NCBI GenBank assembly: GCA_002633005.1 | Contig: NMRA01000202.1 | Span: 167,516 to 231,515 of the forward strand | Length of the DNA: 64,000 nt | Direction: 5' to 3' | Source of the DNA: Phoronis australis | Taxonomy: Eukaryota > Animalia > Phoronida | Part shown: positions 51,225 through 64,000 of the stretch, piece by piece | Layout of the letters: each line of letters opens with the position of its first letter | Numbering within the stretch: the stretch's first letter is position 1 | Position numbers and translations under genes: made by a program | Notes under the pieces: model-generated | Told to the model about the DNA's origin: nothing | Databases searched by the model: none | Seen by the model: the letters and a program-made list of their open reading frames with translations, nothing else

Positions 51225-51506
51225 GGACAATATTTACTATTCAGAAACATCGGCTCTTTATTCAGGATCGTCTGTTGGATGACTGGGTTGACTGGCCGAG
51301 CCCGAGGCCGCTTCTCTAGCGGGAGGATCCAGTTCGTAAGGCCCCGAAGTAGAAAAGTACGCAGCTGAAAACATATCAAACTCGTTCTCGCTCTCGTGCA
51401 ACCCCATTTCGTCATCCTGGCCACCATTCTCGTACGTTTCTTCATAGTATTTGTTCATTTCTTGCTCATAATCGTTGTGGCTTTCAAATTCCCTACTCTC
51501 CGCCGT
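51225..51506 (-). pseudogene. Probable KolX N-terminal remnant
   Basis: Acidic stretch then GPYELDPPA..., convergent to THAP; start codon appears mutated (ACG GCG GAG); assignment by motif recall and position. Confidence 0.5.
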
Positions 51507-51716
51507 TGTTCAATGCTAGTCGCTGATCTCTTGTGTTCAACCCATGATGTCACATGGCGGGAAATGTGAAAATTGGCAAAAATTGAAAGAGAAATCAAAA
51601 TTTCGAGCTAATGACACAAAATAATCATGGATTTGGCTAAATTTTACGTCATACATCTAGTCTGTGGCCACTGGTAATTCGAAATGTGCAAAAATCCATG
51701 GTGTGTACTGTTTAAA

Positions 51717-52296
51717 GCCCGGGCTCAGATGTAATGTATTTCACGTTTTAGCCGGATAACAGTCATAGGGGCATTCGACGGCATTCTTCATTTAGACAGA
51801 AACGTGACGTTTGGTTCTGACTAGTTCGTACATGAGTACTTAGGAAAGCCGACGGATAATTTGAGGCTACGAGAATTGCCGAGGTGTTTCGGATGATGAG
51901 AAACATGGAAACCAGGATAGTGTTCAGTAACGCTAAGACCTCACTAAAAACAAGTCTTCGCGAGATAATGAGAGACATTGGTGTGTATTTCAAACGAGAA
52001 CACGCGATTTTTTCTAGACTTAAGCGAGGTCTTAAAATAGGTCCTAGCCGTACTGAACTCTACCCAGTTCTTCTGTATTTCACCATATTTGATAACACAG
52101 TAGAATGGCCGCATCATCCCGTATGCATGATAATAATGATACTCTCTGTACAAACATGAAGTAACTGCTATTTCAACGATTGTGATGTGATGGTTACTAT
52201 TGTTTGTCACCTAATGATTCGTGACGATGTTGATTAAGTTTAGTGCTAGTGACGAAAAGTAAAAAAAAAATGCGACCGTGCATTTAGGCCCGGGCC
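51717..52296. mobile_element. Possible MITE with 16-bp imperfect TIR
   Basis: GCCCGGGCTCAGATGTA vs (rc) GCCCGGGCCTAAATGCA; contains a family A copy. Confidence 0.45.
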
Positions 52297-52840
52297 ATTA
52301 TACAAGAAATAGCGCGATTTTTAAGTAATTTTGTAGCATAAATTTTTCACACACAAGCTCTTACGGGCCTAAGCTTCTGCTTGGATGGGTACACTTCAGC
52401 GCGTTTAAACTTAATTATTCTTAGCGCAAATTTGACTGCTCTACGCGCACAAATGGTCAACTATGAAGCGCTATAAGGTTCTTAAACGAGTACCTTTCTG
52501 CGTAGTTTTGATTAATCAAAGGGCTGAATTAATTCTTAAAAAATTATCGTCTTGGTCTTATTCAACGCGCACGTTTGCTTAATCAATGTTTAGTTTTACT
52601 TAATCAACGCGCACTATTCCTTATTCACCAAGAACTATTCCTTATTCACCACACACTTTTAATCAGTCCATACAGCCAAATCACGCCCGTGCTCTAACCT
52701 CTCAAAATGGCGGAATACTTTCAACAAGTTTGCAAGGCAACTTTTAAAGAATGTAGCAGATTCTGATCAAGTAACCAAGTAAATGGCGTCGTCGTTACGC
52801 ACTGAATGTAAACTTGTCTTTAATTAGACGTAACCAATAA

Positions 52841-52954
52841 TTGATTAAGTAAAACTACGCGTTGATTAAGTAAAACTACGCGTTGATTAAGTAAAACTAC
52901 GCGTTGATTAAGTAAAACTACGCGTTGATTAAGTAAAACTACGCGTTGTTTAAG
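52841..52954. repeat. 21-bp minisatellite (TTGATTAAGTAAAACTACGCG)x5 plus partial
   Basis: Five perfect head-to-tail units; unit resembles the reverse complement of family F subrepeats. Confidence 0.95.
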
Positions 52955-55900
52955 CAGAACGATGGTCGTTTATTCAGCATGTTGATTATTCAGAGTTAGC
53001 AGAACACTGAGAAAAAACGACCTTTTGGTGGAAGACTACAAACGGGTACATTTTTTCTAGTCTTCTCTCTGAATAGGTGGGAATCCCGATTTTCTAGCCG
53101 CATTCCCTGTCAAAAATATAGTTGTTAGGAGAACAATAACAGTTCGAAACCAGTTAAGTATCAAGTCCCGTTCAACGCTTATAACTAAACACTTTCAGGT
53201 CTACAAAATGCCCGTTCCTGTGAGTCTGTTGTGGAATTTTTGAGAAACCAAAATTCAGAAAAAATCATCGCACGAACGCAAACGCGAAAATTTTCATCAC
53301 CCAGATTTCGCGGAATTTATTCCGCAGAAAATCAAACGCGCTAAAAATGTGAAGATGCACAACCGCATTCCCACCCACTTGCACAACGTATCAGGTAATT
53401 GTCACTTTCAGCGGTCTCTCTTTGAAAAGTCGTTTCTCCACAAAACCTTGACGCGTACACACGTCAAAAGCATTTTACCCTTGAAGATGGAATAACACAA
53501 GCAATAAGTCATACTTGTCTTTCTTTTAGTCACGCATCCAAAGAGATTTGGGTACAGGTCGTAAGCCTGATCCTTCAGTTTTGTAAGTGTTCAATTCATT
53601 GTGGTTTATGAAGGAAGGTGTTCAGCTTGAATGGGAACTACATTCCCGTTTACGTCAGAAGCAATCATTTTGCACTTACATACAGCGTCGCCTTCACAAC
53701 AACGTGCCTACATCCGTCTTCGATACGACTAGAGTTTGACCTTCGGCAAAACGGACCCGAATATCATCAGGTGGGGGGCTTGAAGACCATTCCGGCCTGC
53801 TACAGCTGTAAAGCGTTCCCTCTAATTACCGATGCCACATTTTGTATTAAGGGTACAAGTTTTCTCTGTGATTGGATTTTTAATTAAGTAAGCCCACAGA
53901 AATAAAGTGCGCGGGCCGATACAGGTACGCGTAACGTATCATTTATATTCTACGCCGTGTGACCATTTGTACGCGTAAAAAAGGTACAGGAACTTTTCGG
54001 CTAACATCAAATTTATAACGAGCAACTGGGATTTAATTTTACGATTAGACCTTCAGTCAAACATCAGTCGTCGGCGCGTTTCCAAAGTTAACCATGAATT
54101 ATAATCCATCAAGAGACAAAAAATCTCGCAATGTTGGTTTAATATCTGTAACGAAGTACATTGTTTTTTACGTATCCTTCAGTGCATAATCTTCGCACTA
54201 GAACGCGTTTTTATTTGAAATGGAAACATATTCCCTGTTAATTACATTAGCTGCCAATTGCTTACTTTTCTGACGATTCTATAACGACGTCGACAACGAA
54301 CGAACGAACGTATTCTTTGTACGTAACATGCTACACAGTGCCTGGCGCAAAAGCAATATTTTATCACCACAAAATTAATTAAGTTCAGAGTAATTCACAG
54401 TTATGTGACCTGCTCTGTAACCGACTGTCATTCCCAATGATAATTTACAATGCAATGAAAACAAATTAAAAAAATGTACACGCTTACATACTGTTCGTTG
54501 CTACAAGAAATGAAAACTTGTTTAGTATCGTAACCACAGCAGGCGCAGTGGGAGAATACACGAATTAAATACATGTGCAATTTCTCACGTCACTTCCATA
54601 ATGTGAAATTTGTTCAAAAACAGGAATAACTGTGACACACATCAGCCAAATATTGAGCGACTTCAGATAGCAGCAATACTCAGCCGGATCGAAAAGTCGT
54701 AGGCTGGTGATGGGATTAATTGTTTATGGTAATTGACACAGATAACAGAGTGAAATGAAATAGCCAGTATTTCCGAAAACAGTATCGCATCTAGTCGACA
54801 TGTCTCGTTCAGAAACACAATCACGTCCAACATGCGGGCACCACAATAATTCAGTTTGCATTATATGAATAAATTTCTCAGAGAGCGTGATCTCGGCTCT
54901 AATAATATACCTTAGGTAAACTGAAGATTTTTTGATGTCGCGTTTATATAAACCAATACTTACTTGATGTTTCAACATTCAAAACTGAGTATTCAGAAAC
55001 CGTTTTGAACCTATCGCAGATGTGTGTGTTTGCACGCACGCAGGAGTGGACGCGTAGATATAAGAACAATACATTCATAACATGACAGCGAAAATTGAAA
55101 GCAGGGTTTAATACACTGTCAAATTCTTAGCTACTTGAAAATTCTAGGTTTCAAAGGTGCATTAAACGCAGTGGTAGATTTAGATGGGAGCCAAGGGGAC
55201 CATGGCCCCCTAAAATTCTTCCAGATTCCATTTGGCAGTTCGGGGATCCGAATGTCTGACGGATAAAATCCTGGATAATACTCTGCCCTGCCACCCAACT
55301 CAAAATCATGGATCCGCCCCTGAAACCCGAACGTCTTCAGTCAAAACATCTTTTGGTTCAGTCTACTTACCAATCTGCTCCGATTTCAGATGCGAAACGA
55401 TTTCTTTGCTACGAAAACCAGAAGTTGTCTGAGACTTAGCCAGCCAGCTAACTAGGCTATCATCAAAATACTTACAGCTAAGTACCAACCACCATAGATT
55501 ATAGACGAGTATGGAACCACTGTTATCAGCCCCGACAGACCTCGAAATTGCACACATCTGGGTAGTTCTGCTAGTCACCTCTCCGTGAAACTTGAATCAA
55601 CATGACGGGCTAACCACCGGGGGAAGAGGGTGCATGCAAAATCTATCTAGAGTCAACCGCCACTCACCTTGTCCTTACAGTCGTTTAAGTGAAAAAATAA
55701 ACGTAATTTTCTCTCCGCTTTTTGTAACAATGAAAAGTCATGGGTGGCGCACTGTAGGAGGCTGGGGGCGATAGCTCCCACTTTTTTCAGTGCTGCGCCG
55801 CACATGAAGGTATGTCGTCGTTTTGAAAACAGTGCGCTCGTAAAACGCGCACGTGCTATTTCCTAAAATTTTGCGATATCCGTCTCGAGAGATGACATAT

Positions 55901-57162
55901 TCACAGCAGCAAAATTCGGTTTGCTGGTATCAAAAAACTAGAAAGTTGTAAGTAAGAGAAACCAGTTCCAATAATTTGTTGGAAGGAGAGCAGTTGAAAT
56001 TGAAGAATCGGCGACAAAAGAAACTGGCCAATAGGTGACGCAATAATTCATGGCGCCGGTAGAACGACAATTTTCCAACACCGGTAAATAATTTAGTTTG
56101 CTAAAGGAAGGCGGTAATTTTTAATGACACTGATTTCGTGTCAGATTTTATTTGGTCAGTTTTTACCCATATTGGTGTAAAGTTGTATATTTAGTATATA
56201 GTTTTGTACCAAGGCTATCAGAGACCAGGCTTATTTACCTTGCTAGTCACGACAGGTTATTTACTGCCCAATATTTCACTGAAACTTATTTCAAATCAAG
56301 GATAAGGAAGCGCTGTTGTTGGTTTGTGAGTGCAAATACGCCAGTAAAGTAAGATTTGTTTTTGACACGAGAGCTTAGTTTATACAGCGGTTTTAAATAG
56401 TTTAATCATGTTTCACCATTTTTGGTTGGTTTTAAATTGTTTGCAATATATTACTATTACAAGATAGTTTAGTTTTGATTTTTTTTCCACAAGCACGCTG
56501 AGGTCAATGGCACTAACTGATTATTTTAAGGGCACAAACTAAAAATTTCCTCGATTATTATAAGAGAATGGAAATGTTCGTACCCAGATGAAAGACCGTG
56601 ATTCGATTCAATGAAAAAACAGTATGTAGCCTGTAGAATTTGATTTGTAATTTCGGACCAATATGCTATGGTTGGTCGCGTGACCGTGTCTTTTTAATAA
56701 AAATTAGCAAAAAAGACATGTACATCCAAAACTACGGTCTCAGTAACATAACCAAATTTCGTTCGATATAAATGTACAAGACGAAATCTCAAAACGCTGC
56801 TATAGTGTTCAATTCGTTTTCGTTTTATACAACTTTTTCCCTGAAAATCATAAAAGTCCTATTTTTTGATACAAAAAGTGGAAGTTATTAAAAATTATTG
56901 CAGATTTCAAATTTAACAATGAATATAAAAATTATAATTATTCAATAATATCACTGGTCTACAAGGACAGTCAGTAACAGACACAAGCATGTTATGAAAT
57001 TGGAGACATACATGTATTACTACGCAGCTAGAATTAAAATGAAAAGAAACACTCTTTTCAAGATGGAAGTCATATTTGGAAATATAATACATAGACTGTT
57101 AGACGTTTCACAGAACTGCTGTCAAGCATCATCAGTGACTATACGAGCAATAAATGGAAGCA

Positions 57163-57163
<1 letters not shown>

Positions 57164-57237
<74 letters not shown>
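57164..57237. repeat. (CA)~37 microsatellite
   Basis: Directly visible. Confidence 0.99.
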
Positions 57238-57239
<2 letters not shown>

Positions 57240-60200
57240 ATAATTATTCCAACAATTCCAAGGTCAGAGGTGTACCCGTGTTGATGTAACATTATTATTT
57301 ATTGAGAACTGAACGTTTTGCTCGTGAATCAGCAACGTGGTTCTCAGATAAGACTTCTCAGTATGTATGTAGTCCATGAATGTTGTATTGCGTTACTATA
57401 GGGAACTTACGAAGGCGCTTGAATATTGTGTGAGACATGTCCATGGATGCGTTGTTTTAGTTTGCGTGCAGTAAGCACACTGAAAAATTAATCACAAACA
57501 GAATACCTCACCTTTGTGGGGGAGTGGGGCAACTTTAGGGTACCTAAACATACATTAGAAGATGGTGAAAGCCGACATTGCAATTGCCATGTAAGCATAA
57601 ATAAACTTCCTGTGCCACTACAGTTAGGTCCTTATTAATTAGCATGCTGCTTTGTTTCAGAAGACTGATTTATGAAGCGCTAAAGAGTTCTTCAATTAAA
57701 ATAGGCGTAAGAATCCCGTTCCCTTTCCGACGGTTGGAAGTCAGGTGAAATAGTATAAAGTAAGAAGATGAACGTTGGTACTAAAACTATTTCCCACTTT
57801 TTGAGTTGTACGCTCCTTCTCAAAAGTACGCTTCATGGAGCCGAATAGATTGTGTGCAAGGTAACATAGTTCATCACATGCTGACAACAACAGGTGCTCA
57901 CAATATGGGTCATGACATTGAACAGTTGATACAAACATAATGCCTAAACAAGTACCTTTCAGTGCGTTAAAATGCCATTGTTCAACGCTCACAATTAAGT
58001 GCCGTCCACACAGTGACTTAACCTATAAGAGGTTACTCCTGGAACGAGTTGTCAGTAGGTTTTGAGTGCTGGCAGTCTGGACGCAATTAAAATAGTGCTA
58101 CTTACCCCACTTGTGACAATTTACTCCCAATTACCGAGGTAGGTAACTTGTTCAATGGTAATTTGCGCCTTTGTTATCGCTGCAGGGTGGCCGCAAAAGC
58201 GGGGTGGGGTGGAAGTAATTATTAGCTGGGGTTAAATACAGATGGGTTTTCTTTCGCGCACCGTACTCGGTGTTGATTAGCCCTATTCAAATGAGAAACC
58301 CACGTATCAATTGTTTACCTAAATCCGATTTTAATTCCGTTAACTTAAGCGTTGGTCATCTCAGGTGTTCAGTTCCCGTTAATGAAACCCGCTTATCCTA
58401 AATCACTCCTGTCTCAACTTAGGTAAGTACTGCTCGTGAGTTAAATTGGTAATTCGTAAACAATCCCGTAAATATACCCGTCGTGGACTCACAACACGGG
58501 ACAAATGTGCCAGTTCACCGGCAGCGGTGTAAGTCCTCTCAAAACACTGAAAACCTACAATGAATTATTTCTAGCCGTTTCGCCCATAAGGCAGCTATCA
58601 CAAGAGTCAAACATTTTAATATGTCGTCTTCTAGAACATCGTCATCGTCCCAACGTGGCAACCGTTGACTGCCTTTAGAAGTTGACGTCCTAGTTTCCAT
58701 CTAGGAAAGGTCCTTGTCACAGATGGCAAACACTGTCAAAAACAGCGAGCCCATTGACCAAAGGTCATATTACGGCGCCGCCTTGTGATATCTTTGCTGA
58801 TGGGAACATCGAATTGTATGGGAAATAGCGACGAACGTTTACTACGAACTAATCCACCACGTTAAGCAAAAAAAAAACTATCCGTTGATTACATTAATCG
58901 ATTAAGCTCATTTCATTTCGCCGAATGGTACTCATTTGAAACCCTTTCGAAGCGTAGAATACTTGCGCGCACCCAGCCTGAAAAATGGGGGGGCTCGAAT
59001 TTTTGAGAACGTGGACCTTTTACTAAAAACGGCGTACGTTCCAGGCAATGAATTGTGGATTCGCCGAATTTTGTAGTTCCTGTCTTTTTAGTGGACTTTT
59101 GTCTCGTTTATTACTTATTCGAACTTTTTGTTTCTCTGAGACGGACCTTTTTGCCCACTTCGCCAAAGGAGGGGGCTCGTTCGAGCCCCCCGAGCACCCC
59201 CCGCTGGATGCGCGCATGAAATAACGCACATTTTAACGCGCAAAAAGGCATTCATTTAAGAACCCTTTAGCGCTTCATATTGATCCACGTGTGACGGGGG
59301 GTGACCCGGGGTTCTATAATCAACACTAATTACACGTTAACTAGCCTTCTTAAACAAAACCAGCATGCTAAGGAAGAAACTATAAAAGCTTTCATTAATC
59401 TGCCATTCATTCGCATGAAATTCTGCAACGCCTTATTCAAACGGTATCACCATCTTCTGAATTTGAGTTTTTGGTACCCATAAGTTAGTTGCCCCATTCT
59501 TCCACAAAATTGAAGTTTAAAACACCTACACTCAGCAAAAGTGTTGACGCCGTCCATCATTGGTGTTATTGGTTGTTGTTTACTTATCAAGTTTTTTTAT
59601 TTCTTTGATTAGGTGGCAGTCTATCTTTCGCCGTCGTGATTTGTTTTCTTTCAGTTATCCGGTTTATTCCAGTCATTACATGTGCCGTTTGCATATGAAT
59701 AATAGCTTGTCCGACCGGCTATTATTACGTGTGTGTGTCTTTGTATTTTTACGCAGTTTTTGGTGACCGGTGTTTTTGAATTTAGAGGCATTCGTTGACA
59801 CGATCTGTAGAGCGAATAATTTATGTTCTCGGATGCTGAAATTTTCTATTACATTGAGCACAGAGTGTAGACCACACTGTTATAACCGCTTGCTCCGGAT
59901 CACACTGATTCATAGCTAAGTAATCGTATCGCTTATGAACCGGTATCGCTCTAAAACCGTGTTATGCAAACTGTATTCGGTTTTCTATCCCTGTAGCCGA
60001 AATCGGCTACAAAAAACAATATCTGCAAGATCAAGTGTTTTGAATGTGATAAATTTTACACTAGCGGCTTTCTAGACGAAGACTGAAACAACACATTCAC
60101 GAACACCATGATGCCACTCACACGATACAAGCGCCCTCTTTAGGCGTACAGAGTAAACATGACACACCAATTTCACATGCTAGCTTCCGATTCTTCATCA

Positions 60201-63200
60201 ATAAACCTTCAAATCAAAGAGTAATAGCGATACAGCCTCTCCAATTGGTTTTCATTGGTTGCATGCTACGTGATTCTTACCACAGTTTGTGAAATGATGC
60301 ACAGCAACGTATACCCTCTATCCAAATATGAATGCTATCGTGAAAAGTTTTATCGTTTCGTTTTGTTCGATATACTGTATAAGGTCAAAAAAGAAGCACA
60401 ATTGGGTCTGATTTGCGCCGGACTCATTTTGAAAATTGCACTTCACCGTATGAAGAAAAATGCGATCGTCCGCCCGATCACTTTTAACGAAATTCTTTTT
60501 GTTTCAAAACGGGTACACTACCATGTCTAAGGCTCTTAAGAAACGGACATTTAGCGACTACCACATCTTTTACATCGGTTTCCAAAGCAAGTTTCGATTC
60601 GCGGTCAACCTCTCTCCAAGACAACATTAGCCCTTCGGCAGGCTAAGCTTGCAGCATTACAAGGCGATGTATTGCTTTCCTCTCCTCGATCGAACTGAGT
60701 AAAGCTAAAAATCAGCACCAGTTCGTACTCTAGCGATTTTTTAAAAAGAAACCGCATCACCGCCTCGATTTTCAAAAGAAATTAACACAGGCTAGAAAAC
60801 AATATGATTTTTCACCTAATATGTTACATTGGTGGACAGACAGATTTCTCCACTGACTGACCTTAAGCAATTCTGTCACCTTTATACACATGAAACTCTT
60901 ACCTTTCCCGTTGCACGCCTCGATCGGAAAAGACTCTCGGCTCGATCAAGCAAAACAACTGTGTTTCACAATTTCTTTCGTGAATGTTGACGAACAATTC
61001 CAGATTCAATGCAATGCGAGCTTATCTGCATCTGAGCAATATCCATACAACGTCCGTCCAACCGCCAGCGAATCCAGTGATAGACTGATTATGTCCTGAC
61101 GCGGTCATGATGCGAACGGCGTAATGAGCTCTCGCGGGCGAATGGCGGAAAATAACGCGGAATGCATATCCTGACGAACGCTCAGTGAATGGTTAGTGTT
61201 CAGCTATGATGCTAAGTCATAATATCTCCCTTCTATTCGAAAAAAACAAAACATCTACACAACTTGCAGAAACGTTTCAAAATGAAAGGAATGTATCCGT
61301 TAAGCCTGGTTGGTAGATTAGAAGCATGGATATAACGTGATATTGTAAATGCCATTAAGGCGTTAAACATATTGCCCTGAATTTATATTAAATAGAAGTA
61401 AATAACCTTGGACACTTTGTCAATGTGAATGCCAGAAAGTAAGAGGCTGTGTTTACAGGCAGACAGGTTTTAACGACTGATTTCAGGCTTAATAAACCGC
61501 TTCATTCTCATTTTGCCTTAGTTTAAAGTTGCCCTTCGCAGTCCTGCCAGTTTCGTTCTTATGTAAAATTTGCCTGAAATAATTACAGTTTTCAAGTAAA
61601 ATTATTTTATTAAGAAATATTTTTGCACTTACTCCGACACAACACAACTAAGGTGGCATTTCAAGTTTCACCAAACTGCGCAAGATTAATTCCTGTAACA
61701 TTTATTCACGAGATGGTATTTGTTTTTTCAATTAAGTTTTAAATGCAAACTACTCTTGACCAATGATACTATTACAGCCTACGCTCTGACACTTATTTAT
61801 TAATAACTGATTGATGTTCCCAGTCTCGCAGATAGGTTCAAGGTATGTCAAGGCCGTGTCACATATCTTGTTGAGGTTTTCTGTTACAGGGTACAAAACA
61901 GATTTATGGAAATAATTCCCGTTTGAGGATACCTGCGAAAACTCTAAGCTTCTGGAATACTTGGGAACGCTACTGCCGACGTAGTACTTAAATAAGTTTG
62001 ATACATAATTTATAATGAGGTCGATAATGAAGTTAAAGCAATCCCCCGAACCCCGTTGATTTCGATGTCATGCGGTACGTTTCAGAGCAGGCAATCATGC
62101 AGACATAACGCGAACTTTAAACACTAGAGTTCCCTCATGAACAATGAATTACTAACAACACTAGAGTGTCGTTTTTTCTCTTTTGGTTGTGTACGTCACA
62201 CACTGCGGGAACGATGTAAATCCAATACAAGTCATGTGGAGTTGACCGCAAGCAGGTCACGCGAAAGTCCAGTGACATCACTCTGACCTACTGAGGCCAG
62301 TGACATAAGGATGCCGAGGTGTCCTCGTATGGCCGGTTGCATGAAACAGTCCCAAACAGAACTAATTTCCCTAAATATACTGCGTATTTGGGGACTTGTG
62401 AAAACACTGATTGCCCATTTTTATACTGTTTTTGTTTCATTTCTAAGTCAACTTTTGGCTTTGATACAAATCGAGAGAGAACTCGACGTTGAATTCTCAA
62501 TATCATTGAAAATGTGTAGGGATCTTTTCATGCAACGCTCCTAACTTAAGGACTAAGTCCCTATCTATTTCATGGAATTCAAGGCTCAATTTTTGGTTAT
62601 ATTATTAGAAAATGTCTTTAGTCAAAGAGGAGTTCATAATAAAGATGAAATGATAGAAAAAGATTACATCTGTTAATAAACAAAGACACAAATATGCAAA
62701 AGATTTAGGGAATTTAGTTGAGTCCTTATTTGTGACTGTTTCATGCAAGCCGGCACCGAAAGATAACTACTGCAGCGATCCCCCGACGTGGGTGACGGGA
62801 TTTGTACCTCGGCATGGGGTTTGCTGTAAGTTGGTCTGGCACTGGAGCTAAGGGGTCGCTATCGGAAATTAGAGAAGGGGCCACGGAATTGTTTCTACCC
62901 CTTGACACTTGCATAACATAACAAGGAATACTCGACGACTTAGAAATCATGGTAGTAAAAATATAACTTCATGTCATATGCATATTGGAAAGTGCCACTG
63001 TGCTAATTTGATGCGTCTGCGGCATGTCAGGTCTATACTCTTTCTAAATGGTTTCACTAACACTAAATTGATTCGTCTTCGACCAGGCTCAATCAAATTC
63101 TATTGCAATTCGTATAGGGTGAGTATTCCTTAACAACGATTACAAGTAGCTGAGTGCTAATAATGAACTCGAACTAGTCTGTCGTCAATATTTCTTATGT

Positions 63201-64000
63201 CTGTTTTATTGCTTGTTCAAAAACGCCAGTGCGTTACTTTTACGTTGTTATGTCGGACTTATTTCTGGCAACTTGGGTGGAACCACAACTTTTTATGAGT
63301 CTTAAAAGAACTGGCAATTCATGTAAGAATGTAAGTGGCCGGTCTCGTTCGAAAACACGTTCTTCATGTGAGGGAAAGCAGTTGATCATAGTTTTAGGTA
63401 ACAATTGTTCGACTAAGTTTTCTAGTGATAGTGAGGAAGACGTGTTTAAAATTAAAGGGGCATTCCGCCTCTGCTTAGCTGTCAATGTTGAATTCTTAAA
63501 CGAAGCGCTTTCGTGTTTAAAAATATTATCACACTAATCTGCCTCCGGTTCAGCAACCGGATGGGACCTCGCTAAAAACAAGACTTCGCGAGATTACGTG
63601 AAATATTGCCGTGTATCTTGAATGAGAACATGTGACTTTGGCTAGATTTTTGATAGGTCCTAGCGTTAGTGAACGCACGCCTCCCTGGCCTTATTTGTTA
63701 ACGAATGAGCCGACAACTCACAAGCAAAGCATACACGCGCCATTTTCGAGTCAGACCAACACCAACAAGCTCTGAAGTTTTTCTTGAGTAGCTGATGGTT
63801 CTGACGTTTTTGTTTCGAATCCTATCACGGTAAGGAATGTTATGAGCCCGATTTTCTGAGAGTAAAAAACTAATTTAATGTTCATTTTTAGCCAGGTAAA
63901 GTAGGCGAATTCAGTACATCTGCATACAAGTACATATTTACATTCTTCATTTGACTTTACTAATGGAGGGAGGGGCTTTCTGGGAAAATTCCCAGCAGAA

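Larger units (their letters stand above)
50747..51711. mobile_element. Internally deleted Kolobok-type DNA transposon
   Basis: TTAA TSDs (50743-50746, 51712-51715); imperfect TIR AGTGTACGCAACATG / ACAGTACACACCATG (11/15); convergent THAP and KolX-like remnants. Confidence 0.8.

Noticed and set aside
52841-52954. CRISPR-like appearance of regular repeats (also 37950-38066)
   Set aside because: Head-to-tail units with no unique spacers, no cas genes, eukaryotic context.
56994-57284. His-Thr-rich ORF
   Set aside because: Artefact of the (CA)n microsatellite.
63229-63537. Overlapping 102-aa and 81-aa ORFs
   Set aside because: Non-ATG starts, no recognisable motifs or convincing splice context.

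Overview
Eukaryotic (animal, most likely non-insect invertebrate) genomic DNA, not prokaryotic. The first 18 kb holds three intron-containing genes: the last two coding exons of NAD(P) transhydrogenase (NNT, +), a complete two-exon 185-aa neuronal calcium sensor (neurocalcin/hippocalcin-like, +), and a three-coding-exon 449-aa rhodopsin-class neuropeptide-receptor-like GPCR (-) convergent with the calcium sensor. In the remaining ~46 kb I recognise no host coding exon; it is a dense, nested patchwork of transposon relics: two internally deleted Kolobok-type elements with convergent THAP and probable KolX remnants (one of them in the calcium-sensor intron), Penelope-like GIY-YIG fragments with hammerhead-like motifs (one as an inverted pair), a truncated L1/Tx1 3' end, a tRNA-derived SINE, and many MITE families distinguishable by TSD length (TTAA, TA, 5, 7, 8, 9-10 bp). 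The most notable observations are a 34-bp (17+17) relic resembling a P-element excision footprint, two insertions of one MITE into near-identical target motifs, and hammerhead-like motifs in unusual contexts. I found no clear evidence of a new protein-coding system. All alignments were done by eye, so boundaries without a stated TSD are approximate.
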